DNA from: Octopus sinensis
Lineage: Eukaryota
Reading direction: 5' to 3'
Length of the DNA stretch: 47,804 nucleotides
Assembly: GCF_006345805.1 (NCBI RefSeq)
Contig: NW_021834594.1
Location: 1-47,804, forward strand
The position numbers and the translations under genes are program-made. The notes beneath the pieces were generated by a model. The model was not told where the DNA came from. It made no database searches and worked only from the letters and a program-made list of their open reading frames with translations. The number at the start of each line of letters is the position of its first letter. Position 1 is the stretch's first letter. Of this stretch, positions 37,940 through 47,804 are shown piece by piece.

Positions 37940-38235
37940 ATTTGTAAACAAACCAGAAGGCTTTGTAAGTTACGGAAATAGAATGACCTTGGAAGTCTAT
38001 TAGTGCAATAACTATATAATCGGATGCGCAAGGAGCCTTGTAATCGTTGATCTGTGGATTCGATTCTGGCTTGCGTTAGCTCATCATTTTTCAGTCAATT
38101 GTTTATATATAAATATTGCTTTAAATCGGAGTATATATGTTATTATTATAATATAGTATTATATACTTATTATTGTACTAACAGACTTCCATAGTCGCTT
38201 TATCTCCGTAACTTACAAAGACTTGTTTACAAATA
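37940..38235. repeat. Diverged ~80-bp inverted repeat pair (37940-38020 / 38155-38235)
   Basis: CTTTGTAAGTTACGGAAATA..GGAAGTCTATTAGTGCAATAA versus TTATTGTACTAACAGACTTCC..TATCTCCGTAACTTACAAAG. Confidence 0.8.
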
Positions 38236-38258
38236 AAACACACACACACACATATATG

Positions 38259-38289
<31 letters not shown>

Positions 38290-38290
38290 G

Positions 38291-38353
<63 letters not shown>

Positions 38354-38361
38354 TATATAAT

Positions 38362-38403
<42 letters not shown>

Positions 38404-38427
38404 ATATGTATGTAGTATATCTATATT

Positions 38428-38572
38428 AATAATGTGTTTTGAATGGCACAACTATAATACCAACAATGGACTATAATAACTCGTGTAATTTAAACGATGG
38501 TTAAATTACACCAGTTATTATAGTCCATTGTTATTATAGTGCATTGTTGTGTCATTCAAAGTACATTGTTAC
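38428..38572. repeat. Long near-perfect hairpin/foldback
   Basis: AACAATGGACTATAATAACT-c-GTGTAATTTAA (acgatgg) TTAAATTACAC-c-AGTTATTATAGTCCATTGTT, with outer arms TTTGAATGGCACAAC/GTTGTGTCATTCAAA. Confidence 0.85.
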
Positions 38573-38918
38573 TATTTATTATTATTGTTTACAAACAATG
38601 CACAATGCTTCAAGCACACTACAATACGTTCATATATATATATATAAATGTGTGTGTGTGTGAAATTGTTTTGCAAGATTCCTTATGTAAAATCGTGTGT
38701 TGAACAAGATATTAATATATTTTTTATACTTTGGGACGGTTATTTCTTTATTGCCAAATAAACTCACGCACTAGATATTCGATCTTCCCTCGTTTATCAT
38801 TGGTCTTATTTTACCTTATTTCTAGTGCCAAGAAATATTTCGCCAAACACCTGTGACTTCTCCAGTAACTCTTCCACCTTACTGTCTCTCTCTGCTCTGT
38901 TTAGTGCTTATATATATA

Positions 38919-39376
38919 CAGTGGTTGGACAAAATATTGGAAACACCTTCAAATTTCAAACAAATTTATTGTAACATGGGGTAGGACCACCTTTGGCAGT
39001 AATTACAACTTGAATTCTACGAGGTATGGAGTTTTGTCTCGACGAGGAGATTTTACCCTCTTTCTTAAAGGCTGTCATTACCTTCGAGACAGTACTTCTT
39101 GATACACTAAACATTTCGAATGTTTTAGTTACGCTAGCGCCTGCCATACGATCACCAACAATTTGATCTCTTTGAAAGTCCGATAGATCTGTCATTTTAG
39201 CAAATTTTAATTACCTTTTTCTGATGATATCTGAAAAGAAAGTGCAATTTTAGCAAAACATATTAAGCAACACTAATAAACAACATAAAAATAAACATGC
39301 TTTTGGCGGTTTTATAGATATTTCAAAATTATGATGCTATGATTTTAGGCGTTTCCATTATTTTGCCCAACCCCTG
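38919..39376 (-). mobile_element. Internally deleted Tc1-family DNA transposon
   Basis: TA-flanked ~30-bp TIRs CAGTGGTTGGACAAAATATTGGAAACACCT / AGGCGTTTCCATTATTTTGCCCAACCCCTG. ORF 38956-39195 fuses the N-terminal HTH (LSDFQRDQIVG..VSRSTVSKV) to the C-terminal SIPRRIQVVITAKGGPT; the DDE domain is missing. Confidence 0.93.
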
Positions 39377-40249
39377 TATGTGTGTGTGTGTGTGGTGTGT
39401 GTGTGTGTGTGCGTGTGTGCGACGAGCTTCCACAGAGTTTCCGTGTAGCAAATTCACTCACAAACCCTTGGATGGTCCGGGGCTATAGTAGAACGCACTT
39501 GTTCAAGTTACCGCACAGTGGGACTGATAGAGAACCACATAGTTTCAACGTGAGAGTGTTAGAAACACATCCATACCTGGTTAAGAAAATTCTGGTACAA
39601 ACTGGAAAACTTTTGGAGGAATATTCAAATATGGTGTAGGACCAGTTTGGAAAGCAACTTACTGAGCTAAGGAAACGTACGTTGAAGGATATTAAAACAG
39701 TATTTGCGAGTGTTTTTCATCCCTTTCCATGTTGTCTTGAACAACTATTAAAGGATGGAGAATATCAGAGACACCATCGGAGAAAATGAAGAAAAATGAT
39801 TAATAAATAGAAGAAAAAAAACAGAAGGAGGCATCCAGCAATAGCCTTGCTGCGAATGTTTTTAAAGATAGGCATCTGTAACAAACTGGATTGAACGGGA
39901 GATAACTCGTAATGGGATTATGAGCGTGAGGCTACAAACACCATGGCGGATTTCAATTATAAAAAATATTATGATGAAATGAAAGATAGAGACCTCGATG
40001 AAAATCTGATTCAAGAAGAGAGGACTGGAGTTATTAGAAGCAGATGGAGTATCATAATTTGATGATAAATGAGTAATGATTATTTCAGTTAAATTGTATA
40101 ACATAGCCGCAGGTTCGTAGCCTTTTATTTTATTTTTTTCATCAAATGTTTATTGAGTCAAAGGGTGGGGTGGGGGCATACTGATGTGAATATCAATGTT
40201 TTATCCTATCTCTGGCCTTCTCACTTTCAGTGTTAAAAGGGTTATACGT

Positions 40250-40470
40250 GGCTTAAATTAACATTTACACCGGCATTGGAAATTAGATAATTACGGTTGT
40301 GCACGGGACACGAATTATAGATTGTTGTAAAATATATTAATGACTGTAAGATACGAAAATATAAGCGCTGTATTATATTCCAGATCACAATGCAAATTAT
40401 AGTCAGCACATCAACAAAGAAGCATACTTTATTGCAAAATATAAACCTCTTTTGAATTCCGCCACCATAG
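40250..40470 (+). pseudogene. Decayed Penelope-like GIY-YIG endonuclease C-terminus
   Basis: Frameshifted pieces RDTNYRLL, KYINDC and INKEAYFIAKYKPLLN (~40410-40457) match the E...I....P.LN end of PLE GIY-YIG domains. Confidence 0.55.
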
Positions 40471-40782
40471 ATCGAACTACAACAAGAATTTAGAACATTT
40501 CCAACCACTACTGCTACGACCGCAACAGGTCACTTTTAGGCTATTTGATCATTAAAGATTCCACGAACAATTTACTATGTCACAGCACTCCTGTATTTTT
40601 CTTTTCTTTTCTGTCTCCTTCTCCATCTCCTTTCCCTTCTCCTACTTCTCTCCCCTCCTTCATTTTCTCCTCCCCCTCCTCTTCCTCCTCCTTCTTCTTC
40701 TTCCTCCAAATCTTCTACTTCTCCCTCGGCTGCTTTTGCTTAAACCATCAATTGTCTGTACCAAAACTATTCATTCAAATTT

Positions 40783-40917
40783 ACCTACCTACCTACCAAC
40801 CTACCTACCGACCGACCTACCTACCTACCTACCTACCTACCTACCTACCTACCTACCTACCTACCTACCTACCTACCTACCAACCTACCAACCTACCAAC
40901 CTACCTACCTACCTACT
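40783..40917. repeat. (CCTA)n microsatellite
   Basis: Direct reading. Confidence 0.95.
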
Positions 40918-41333
40918 ATACATTCAGACAGGAATAGAGAGACAGACAGACTGTCTGAAACTATGGAAATATTTACCAATTCAAAGACTATGAAAATATC
41001 TACAAAACATTTCACTTAATTTATTTCTCCAATTTAATTGTTTTCCTTATTTTACTCTTACTTAAAAAAGCCTAAAAAGGCAGAAACCGGTACCAAAATG
41101 TACTTCATGATAGAATTATTTTAGCACTTTCTACATTTTCTTGTTTTCCTTATACATCTCAATTCGTGTGTTACTTTTCTACCTTCTACAAATATATATA
41201 TACAAACAACACAGATGCTCTTACATAAGCAATCCGAATATAGACAAGGACACATAAAAAGAGGCGTACGGAAGAGAAAGAGGCTGTAAGCGAAGAGGAT
41301 GTTAATGAAAAGATATATATATATAAATATATG

Positions 41334-41392
<59 letters not shown>

Positions 41393-41539
41393 GAGGGGGG
41401 AGAGAAGGAGGAGGTAGGTCATATCCATAAAAATCAATAGAAATTCGAATGAGGAAATTGCAACCGAAGCTAATATTTTAATGATGACGTCAGCGCGTTG
41501 ATTGAACTAGAGATAGTTACTGATAATGTTGTATAGGCG

Positions 41540-42162
41540 GAGGTGATGGTTGTGGTAGTGGTGTTGGTGGTGGTAATAGTTTTGGTGGTGATGGTGGGGA
41601 TGGTGGTTGTGTTGGTGGTAGTGGTGGCGGCGGTGTTGGTAGTGGTAGTGGTGGTGGTGGTGGTGGTGGTGGTGGTAGTGGTTTAGGCGGTGGTTGTGGT
41701 GGCTGTGGTCGTTATAGCGTTGGTGGCAGTTGTGGTGGTTGCGGTGGTTGTGGATGTTGTATTAGTGGTAATGAGGGGTGGTAAATGGATTTGTGGTGGT
41801 TATGGTTGTGGTGGTGATGGTGGTGATGGTAATGATGGCACTGATAATGCTGACGAAGCGATAATATTCTTGATGCAAGAGATAATAACGTTATCTCTAT
41901 TGATGATGACGATGATGACGATGGTAACGATGACGACGACGATGAAGAAAACGAAGACGACGGCGGCGAGGATGAGGACAACGACGACGATGATGTCGAA
42001 GACAATGGTGATGATGATGATGATGAGGGATCTGGAGGAGGAGGATGAGGACGATGTTGCTGATGATCAATAACGACGATGAGGAGGAAGAGGGTGAGGA
42101 AGACGACAACGACGACGACGACGATGATGATGATGATGAGGAGGATGATGATGATGATGATA
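41540..42162. repeat. Degenerate (GGT)n followed by (GAT/GAC)n trinucleotide tracts
   Basis: Direct reading; produces poly-V/S/H pseudo-ORFs. Confidence 0.9.
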
Positions 42163-42199
42163 TTAGTGCACAGCAACAACTTTAACAATAAACGCCACC

Positions 42200-42630
42200 G
42201 CATGGAATGACTTGTTCTTGTTTTCCTCTTCTTTGGGTTGTCCTAAGTTGTTGTATGGGTATTTCTATAAGTATGCCATTTTCTATAAGTAGAGATGGGT
42301 ATTTTTCTTTGAGCAAAAATTCTCTTAGTTCTGTTAGGCGTTTTTTCCTGATATTTGCATCTTCTATAATGGTATAAATTCTTCTGGCTAGGCAGTATGG
42401 GATGTTGCGTTTTGTATGTGGTGGATGGCACGACGTAAAATTTAGGTATTGATGTGTGTCTGTGTGTTTATAGTATATACCTGTGGTGATGGTGGTGTCT
42501 TTTTTAATTACCATTATATCTAGGAATGGTAATTTGGTACTACTCATCTCCTTTGTAAATTGGAGAGATGGGTGTAGGTTGTTCAGGAGGATATTGAACT
42601 CTTCCAGAGTATTTAGAGATTCTGTCCAAA
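42200..42630 (-). mobile_element. Penelope-like element RT C-terminal/thumb fragment
   Basis: WTESLNTLEEFNILLNNLHPSLQFTKE..KLPFLDI..IYYKHTDTHQYLNFTSCHPPHTKRNIPYCLARRI, characteristic PLE motifs (Neptune/Naiad-like; clade not established). Confidence 0.92.
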
Positions 42631-42741
42631 ACCTAGTGCAAAACCTAGCAATCTGGAGCCTACAAAGCTGTATTTAAGGCACAGATTCAATCATCTCGCT
42701 ACAGTAAAAAATTGTGAAGCATGACTGTCACCACTACTACA

Positions 42742-42786
42742 TGAACCTGAAGATTGCAGAATTTAATGCATGAAAGTACTAGTTCA
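42742..42786 (+). ncRNA. Type I hammerhead ribozyme in a probable inverted pLTR next to the PLE fragment
   Basis: TGAAC-CTGAAGA(42747-53)-t-TGCA(gaatttaa)TGCA-t-GAAA(42772-75)-GTAC-TA-GTTCA; palindromic AGTACT, CUA triplet. Confidence 0.8.
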
Positions 42787-42989
42787 ATCAGAATGAACAT
42801 TTAACATTCTATTATTTTATTTTATTATATTATATTATATTATATTATATTATATCATTATAAGATTGTAAATAAAACGTGAAAATCTGACAAGGTTGGA
42901 ATTCCTTTTATTAATATATATATATATACTAGTATTATAACCTGATTTCATTCGAGTCTACTCGGGCCACATTGTAAAGATGAGATATT

Positions 42990-44533
42990 TTGCCTTCCAA
43001 TTGAACAAATTCAAATTATTAGGTCCCTTCCAGGTGCCCTCCCATTCTCCAACTATAGCGAAGGTTTCTGCATCAATTTTGTGTTTTACCGTTAGTGTTG
43101 GTACAGAATTCTCTCTCAATTGAATTTAACCATGATGCATTTTTGACCAGAATGATTGTAGATCTTCTTGGGAGGGAGCTTTCTTAATGGAAATGTTTTC
43201 CTTCCTCATCTCTCTGTATAATGCTTATGGTTTGAAAGCAAACTTGCGAATGATACTGGCTCGTTCAAAAGTTCGCATGCGAAAGCGAAGTTTCTCGCTC
43301 ACCGTCCTGAGTTCATGTTTTAAAGTGATTAGCTTTCCCTCAAGAGCTCGGTGTGAAGAGTTGCCGTAAAGTTTCGTTAATTTTGTCTAAGTTAGAGGTA
43401 GTGAGGTGTAAACTCATTTGTCTCCTTTCATTTTATTGTTGTAGTTAACCTTCCAATATGGCGGCGCACGTGGTTGATGTTTTCTTCGAGTTTTGTTTTC
43501 CATAGGTTGTTTCTGTTTCGTAATTTCGTTACATTGTTCACTGTAGATTTCTCCTTGGTGTTCTTTAAGAGTCATAGCGGATGTGTATATAAGACTATTA
43601 ATATTCCAGTAATTAACATCACATGATTTCATGTGCTCTCCAGCGACATCGTTGAAAACCTTAAACATTAGATCGGTCGGATTTTTCTCACTCTTGTTGG
43701 GAATGCTCCATTGCTCAATGAAAACATCGAGAAAGTAGCAAATTTTTTTTCAAATTGTAATTTTTAAGTTTCGCTTTTGGATTATAGGAATATAAAAATA
43801 AGAAAAAATAAGTGAAAATTTTACCGGTGAGTGTGTTATATTATAAGGCACAAAAACAAAATGACTTTCCCCAGACACAACAGAATAATTTTTAAATGTT
43901 TTTGAGTTGGATGTATTCTGCAGTCTTCGTTACTAAGTCAGCTAAATTTGGAGACACACACAAATTTAGCGATGGCGGAAGCAGTGGTTAGTTTACATTA
44001 TTTTTTACGCCGTTTCTGGCAGATATTGGCCCATTTTCAGTGTTTTAGGAGGCTCTTGGACCAGTTGATTTATTTTTACAAAAGATGCTTATTGTCGGAG
44101 CTGTTTCGCCATGAAGGTATTTAAATTGGGATGAGCCTCGTCCCAGTATTGTTTTAACCGATTCATGTAACCGATTGGAATGACATCTTGTGATTTTTCA
44201 TAGCACCGAAATAAATCTAGGTTTAGGTGTTGAGTCCAGGTAAAATAAGAAGAGTACTTACGTCTTCTTAAAATAACTTACTGGTGCTGACATTGTTAGT
44301 TTCATCTGTGGTGGTGTTAGTTTCAGCCATAGCCGTGTTGTAGATGTATATTTTAAAATCTGTTCAGGATAACGCTTCATTGGTGAATAAAAGGTGTTTC
44401 TCTTACCAATTACTGGAGAAATAAACCAGTTAACGATTTAGGCTGGGGAAGTCGGCATATTTCTAGCGGAAGGCGTTCAAAACGAACTTTTTAAACAGTC
44501 CTCTACACCTGCACGTCCGATGTTGACGGCACC

Positions 44534-44534
<1 letters not shown>
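42990..44534 (-). mobile_element. 5' half of a decayed R4/Dong-like (RLE-clade) non-LTR retrotransposon
   Basis: ATG at ~44330, then WTQHLNLDLFRCYEKS..GYMNRLKQYWDEAHP..KQLRQ, INSLIYTSA, KTKLEENINHVRRHIGRL, LKHELRTVSEKLR, ALYREMR..PSQEDLQSFWSK: the pre-RT motifs I recognise from R4/Dong ORFs. Many stops and frameshifts. Confidence 0.72.
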
Positions 44535-44564
<30 letters not shown>

Positions 44565-44580
44565 TGTATGTATGCATGTA

Positions 44581-45400
44581 TATTCTTTTGTACGTTTCAG
44601 CCCTAAGGCTGTGGCCATGCTGGGGTACCGCCAGTGTAATCATCTTCTCAATGGCTAAAGTTATGTGATGCCTGTTGGTGAAGGAAGGACCTCGACACTG
44701 CTGCCCTCTTTTGAGTTTCTTGCCTTGATATTGGTTCATCTGGGATCTTGGATAGCAGTGGAGGCACATGGCCTAGTTGTTAGAGCAGCACACTCGCGGT
44801 CGAGGGATCGCGGGTTCGAATCTCAGACCGGGTGATGTTTGTGTTTATGAGCGAAAACACCTAAGCTTCACGCGGCTCCGGCAGAAGGTAATGGCAAACC
44901 TCTGCTGACTATTTCGCCACAACGTTCTCTCACTCTTTCCTCCTGCATCTTGCAGCTCACCTGCGACGGACCGGCGCCCCGTCCAGGTGGAGAACCTATG
45001 CGCCAAGAAATCGGGAAACCGGCCCTTATGAGCCAGGCATGGCTCGAGAAGGAAGAAACAACTTGGATAGCAGGAGCTCAAGTTGTCTCTGAAAAACATC
45101 TGCCCCACTCTATGAAGATTCTTCAGATGTTTTGGCAAGGCGTTAAATAGCTGTGGGCCCTTGAATACCAATCTATTGCAGTACATGATTTTCACTCTAG
45201 ATAAAGCAGATGGGGCCCTTGGAACAGTGCCGTGCCGTCCAGTTCGAGACTTCGTATAGCTCTCGATTCCATAGTTTGGTGCCAACCCCTCCATTATCTT
45301 CCACATATATATCACTGCATACCTCTCCCATCTTCCCTTCAGGGAGTAGAGTCGCAGCTCTTTCAGTCTGTCCCAGGAGTTCAGCTGTTCCATTGATGCG
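44581..45400 (-). mobile_element. CR1-group LINE 3' fragment (related to 22731-24935), split by a SINE
   Basis: WDRLKELRLYSL..ERYAVIYMWKIMEGLAPNYGIES..GPQLFNALP, then LLSKIPDEP and the tail GGCGGTACCCCAGCATGGCCACAGCCTTAGGGCTGAAAC. Confidence 0.92.
44759..45061 (+). mobile_element. tRNA-Arg-derived SINE with 12-bp TSD
   Basis: CTTGGATAGCAG at 44747-44758 and 45062-45073; A box TGGCCTAGTTG, B box GGTTCGAATC. Confidence 0.92.
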
Positions 45401-45929
45401 TATACAAAGGAATATACGTACGTTGGTAATATCAACATAGCAACTAAATTCCTTGTGTCTATCTTCACAAAGTTAATTATAATCCTAATCCAATCAAATT
45501 CCTCTGAAATTACTTTTTTGTCCAAAATATTGCTGTTGGCTATAAGAGAGAGAGAGAGAGAGAGAGACAGAGATAGAGAGAGAGAGACAGAGATAAAAAC
45601 AAAAAGAAAAACGACAAAAATCAAATGACGTAAAAGTCGTCGGAATAATAGAATGAAGAGAAACGGTGACGAGAGTGTGACGTAACTAAACACCAGTGAG
45701 ATGACTGATGGACTAGAGTACGTGGGTGTCTCCTTTGGTTTATCACACGTACACACACACGCGCGCGTGCACGCGCTGCTCATAGTGATTCTGGATGTGG
45801 GTTTATGGTGTTGCTTATTCCCCCTCGTCGTCTCGTTTCTCAAGTAGGATGAAGGCATCTTCGCGAATTTGATTTACGAAGAATATAACGTGGCCATATT
45901 AAAAAGCGTAATAGGAACACCTCGCACAC

Positions 45930-46095
45930 TACCATACACACACACACACACATATCTATTGCATATACATACATACATACATACATACATACATAAATAC
46001 TATATATATATATATATTATATACACATACATATATATACCTATATATGTATATATACTTTTATAGACACACATATATATATATATCTGCATATG

Positions 46096-46129
<34 letters not shown>

Positions 46130-47078
46130 ATTATATATATATATACATGTGTATATATGTATATGTATAAAATTATATATATACATATATATATATAGGT
46201 ATATATATGTATATATATATATGTATATATATACTTTAATAGACACACACATATATATATATATACATGTGTATATATATGTATAATATATATATATATA
46301 TGCATACATATGTATGTATGTATATACATACATATATATATATATATACACATACATATATATATATATATCCATATATATATGTATATATATACATTTA
46401 TATACATACATACACACACTCTATCTTCCTATCTCTTCCTTTCTACCTCTCTCTTACACACACACACACACAAATATACCTATGCACACGTGTACATAGA
46501 TACATGTATGTGTAGCTGTATGTTTTTACCATAATCTATCTGAATATTAATCTAACTAGATGTTTATCTACATAATTATATATTTATCCATCGATAAGAT
46601 TCTCAGTCCGTCTCTTCGTCTCTCCCTCTGTCTACCCTTCTCCGTCTCTCTCTCTCTCTCACTCTCTGTCTCTCGTTCTGTCTGTGTGTCCTCTTGATTG
46701 TCGATCTATAATTCAATTTTTCTACTTATTTGACCAACCTATCTTGATGTTTCTTGATCCCGTTAGGTATCCATACATTTACCTCCTTCTGTCCCCGTTC
46801 TTCCCACCTACCTACTTTCCACACTCTCCCTCTCTCTCCGTCTCTCTCTGTCTCTGTCTCTCTCTCACTATTTCTTTCTTTCTCCCATTTTATGTCTGTC
46901 TCTTTCTTTCTCTCTATCTCCCTCTTTCTGTCTGTTTCTCTCTTTCTCTATCTCTCACTCACTCTTTCTCTGTCGCTCCCTTTCCCTTTCAGTCTTTCTC
47001 TTCTCTCTCTCTCTCTGTTTCTCACTGTCGGTTTGTCTCTTACACACGCATGTCCACACATACACACACACACACACA

Positions 47079-47126
<48 letters not shown>

Positions 47127-47227
47127 CCTCCCTTCTCTCTTCATTTCAAGCAGTTTCTTACATACAAAAAAATAGACACACACACACACACCGCATACAC
47201 ACACTTCCTATCTCTTGCTTTCTACCA

Positions 47228-47258
<31 letters not shown>

Positions 47259-47804
47259 TTACTTTTAAGTACACACACACACAGAAGCTTAAAAAGACAC
47301 ACACATATACACACACACTCTTACAGACATACTTTTACATACACACACACACACAAGCTTAAATGCACTCATACACACACGCTCTCTTTCTTTCTCCCTT
47401 ACACAAATACACACACATGCAAGCATACGCTCACACATCTATATATACACACACTCTATCTGTCTATAAATCAATATTTTACCTCAATATTTGATTTTGC
47501 TTGTATTCGATAACATTATATTTTTATTTTTGTTTTAATAATGTGACAATATCCCTAATGGATTTAGAAGATCGACCTGAAATGCATAACGACCTGTTAT
47601 AGAAGATGTACTTGTATGTGTGTATGTATGTATGTGTGTATGTATGTATGTATGTAATGTATGTATGTATGTATGTATGTATGTATGTATGTATGTATGT
47701 GGGTGTGTATGTATATGTGTGTATGTATGTGTGTATGTATGTATGTATGTATGTGTGTGTGTGTATGTATGTATGTGTGTATGTATGTATGTATGTAATG
47801 TATG
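45930..47804. repeat. Compound (TA)n, (CATA)n, (CT)n, (CA)n, (TATG)n simple repeats with short spacers
   Basis: Direct reading. Confidence 0.9.

Noticed and set aside
41690-42203. Poly-Ser/His/Asp ORFs as a low-complexity protein
   Set aside because: Open frames on both strands arise from (GGT)n and (GAT)n trinucleotide tracts.
44845-45858. Longest ORF (337 aa, minus) as a host gene
   Set aside because: Chimeric read-through of unique sequence, (CT)n, a CR1 ORF2 fragment and an antisense SINE.

Overview
AT-rich, microsatellite-saturated eukaryotic DNA with no host protein-coding exon that I can support. Almost all ORFs in the track are translations of simple repeats. The repeat complement (tRNA-derived SINEs, CR1-group LINEs, very long (TA)n/(CATA)n/(GATA)n tracts) looks like octopus/coleoid cephalopod intergenic or intronic sequence; this is recognition and inference, not a database result. 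Mobile elements: CR1-group LINE fragments (x4), an L1/Tx1-like 3' end in (GATA)n, the 5' half of an R4/Dong-like LINE, Penelope-like (PLE) RT and GIY-YIG remnants, an internally deleted Tc1, two Merlin-like MITEs (one with an 8-bp TSD), Helitron-like non-autonomous elements, three SINE families and several minisatellites. The main hidden signal is a set of type I hammerhead ribozyme (HHR) motifs with short palindromic stem III, from several unrelated sequence families (10.8k, 11.4k, 22.4k, 33.5k, 36.6k, 42.7k, plus relics). The best case is a non-coding 350-bp unit at 33332-33724 with a 43-bp terminal redundancy, an intact HHR and extensive self-pairing. That is the layout expected of a retrotransposed circular RNA (non-LTR retrozyme-like element).
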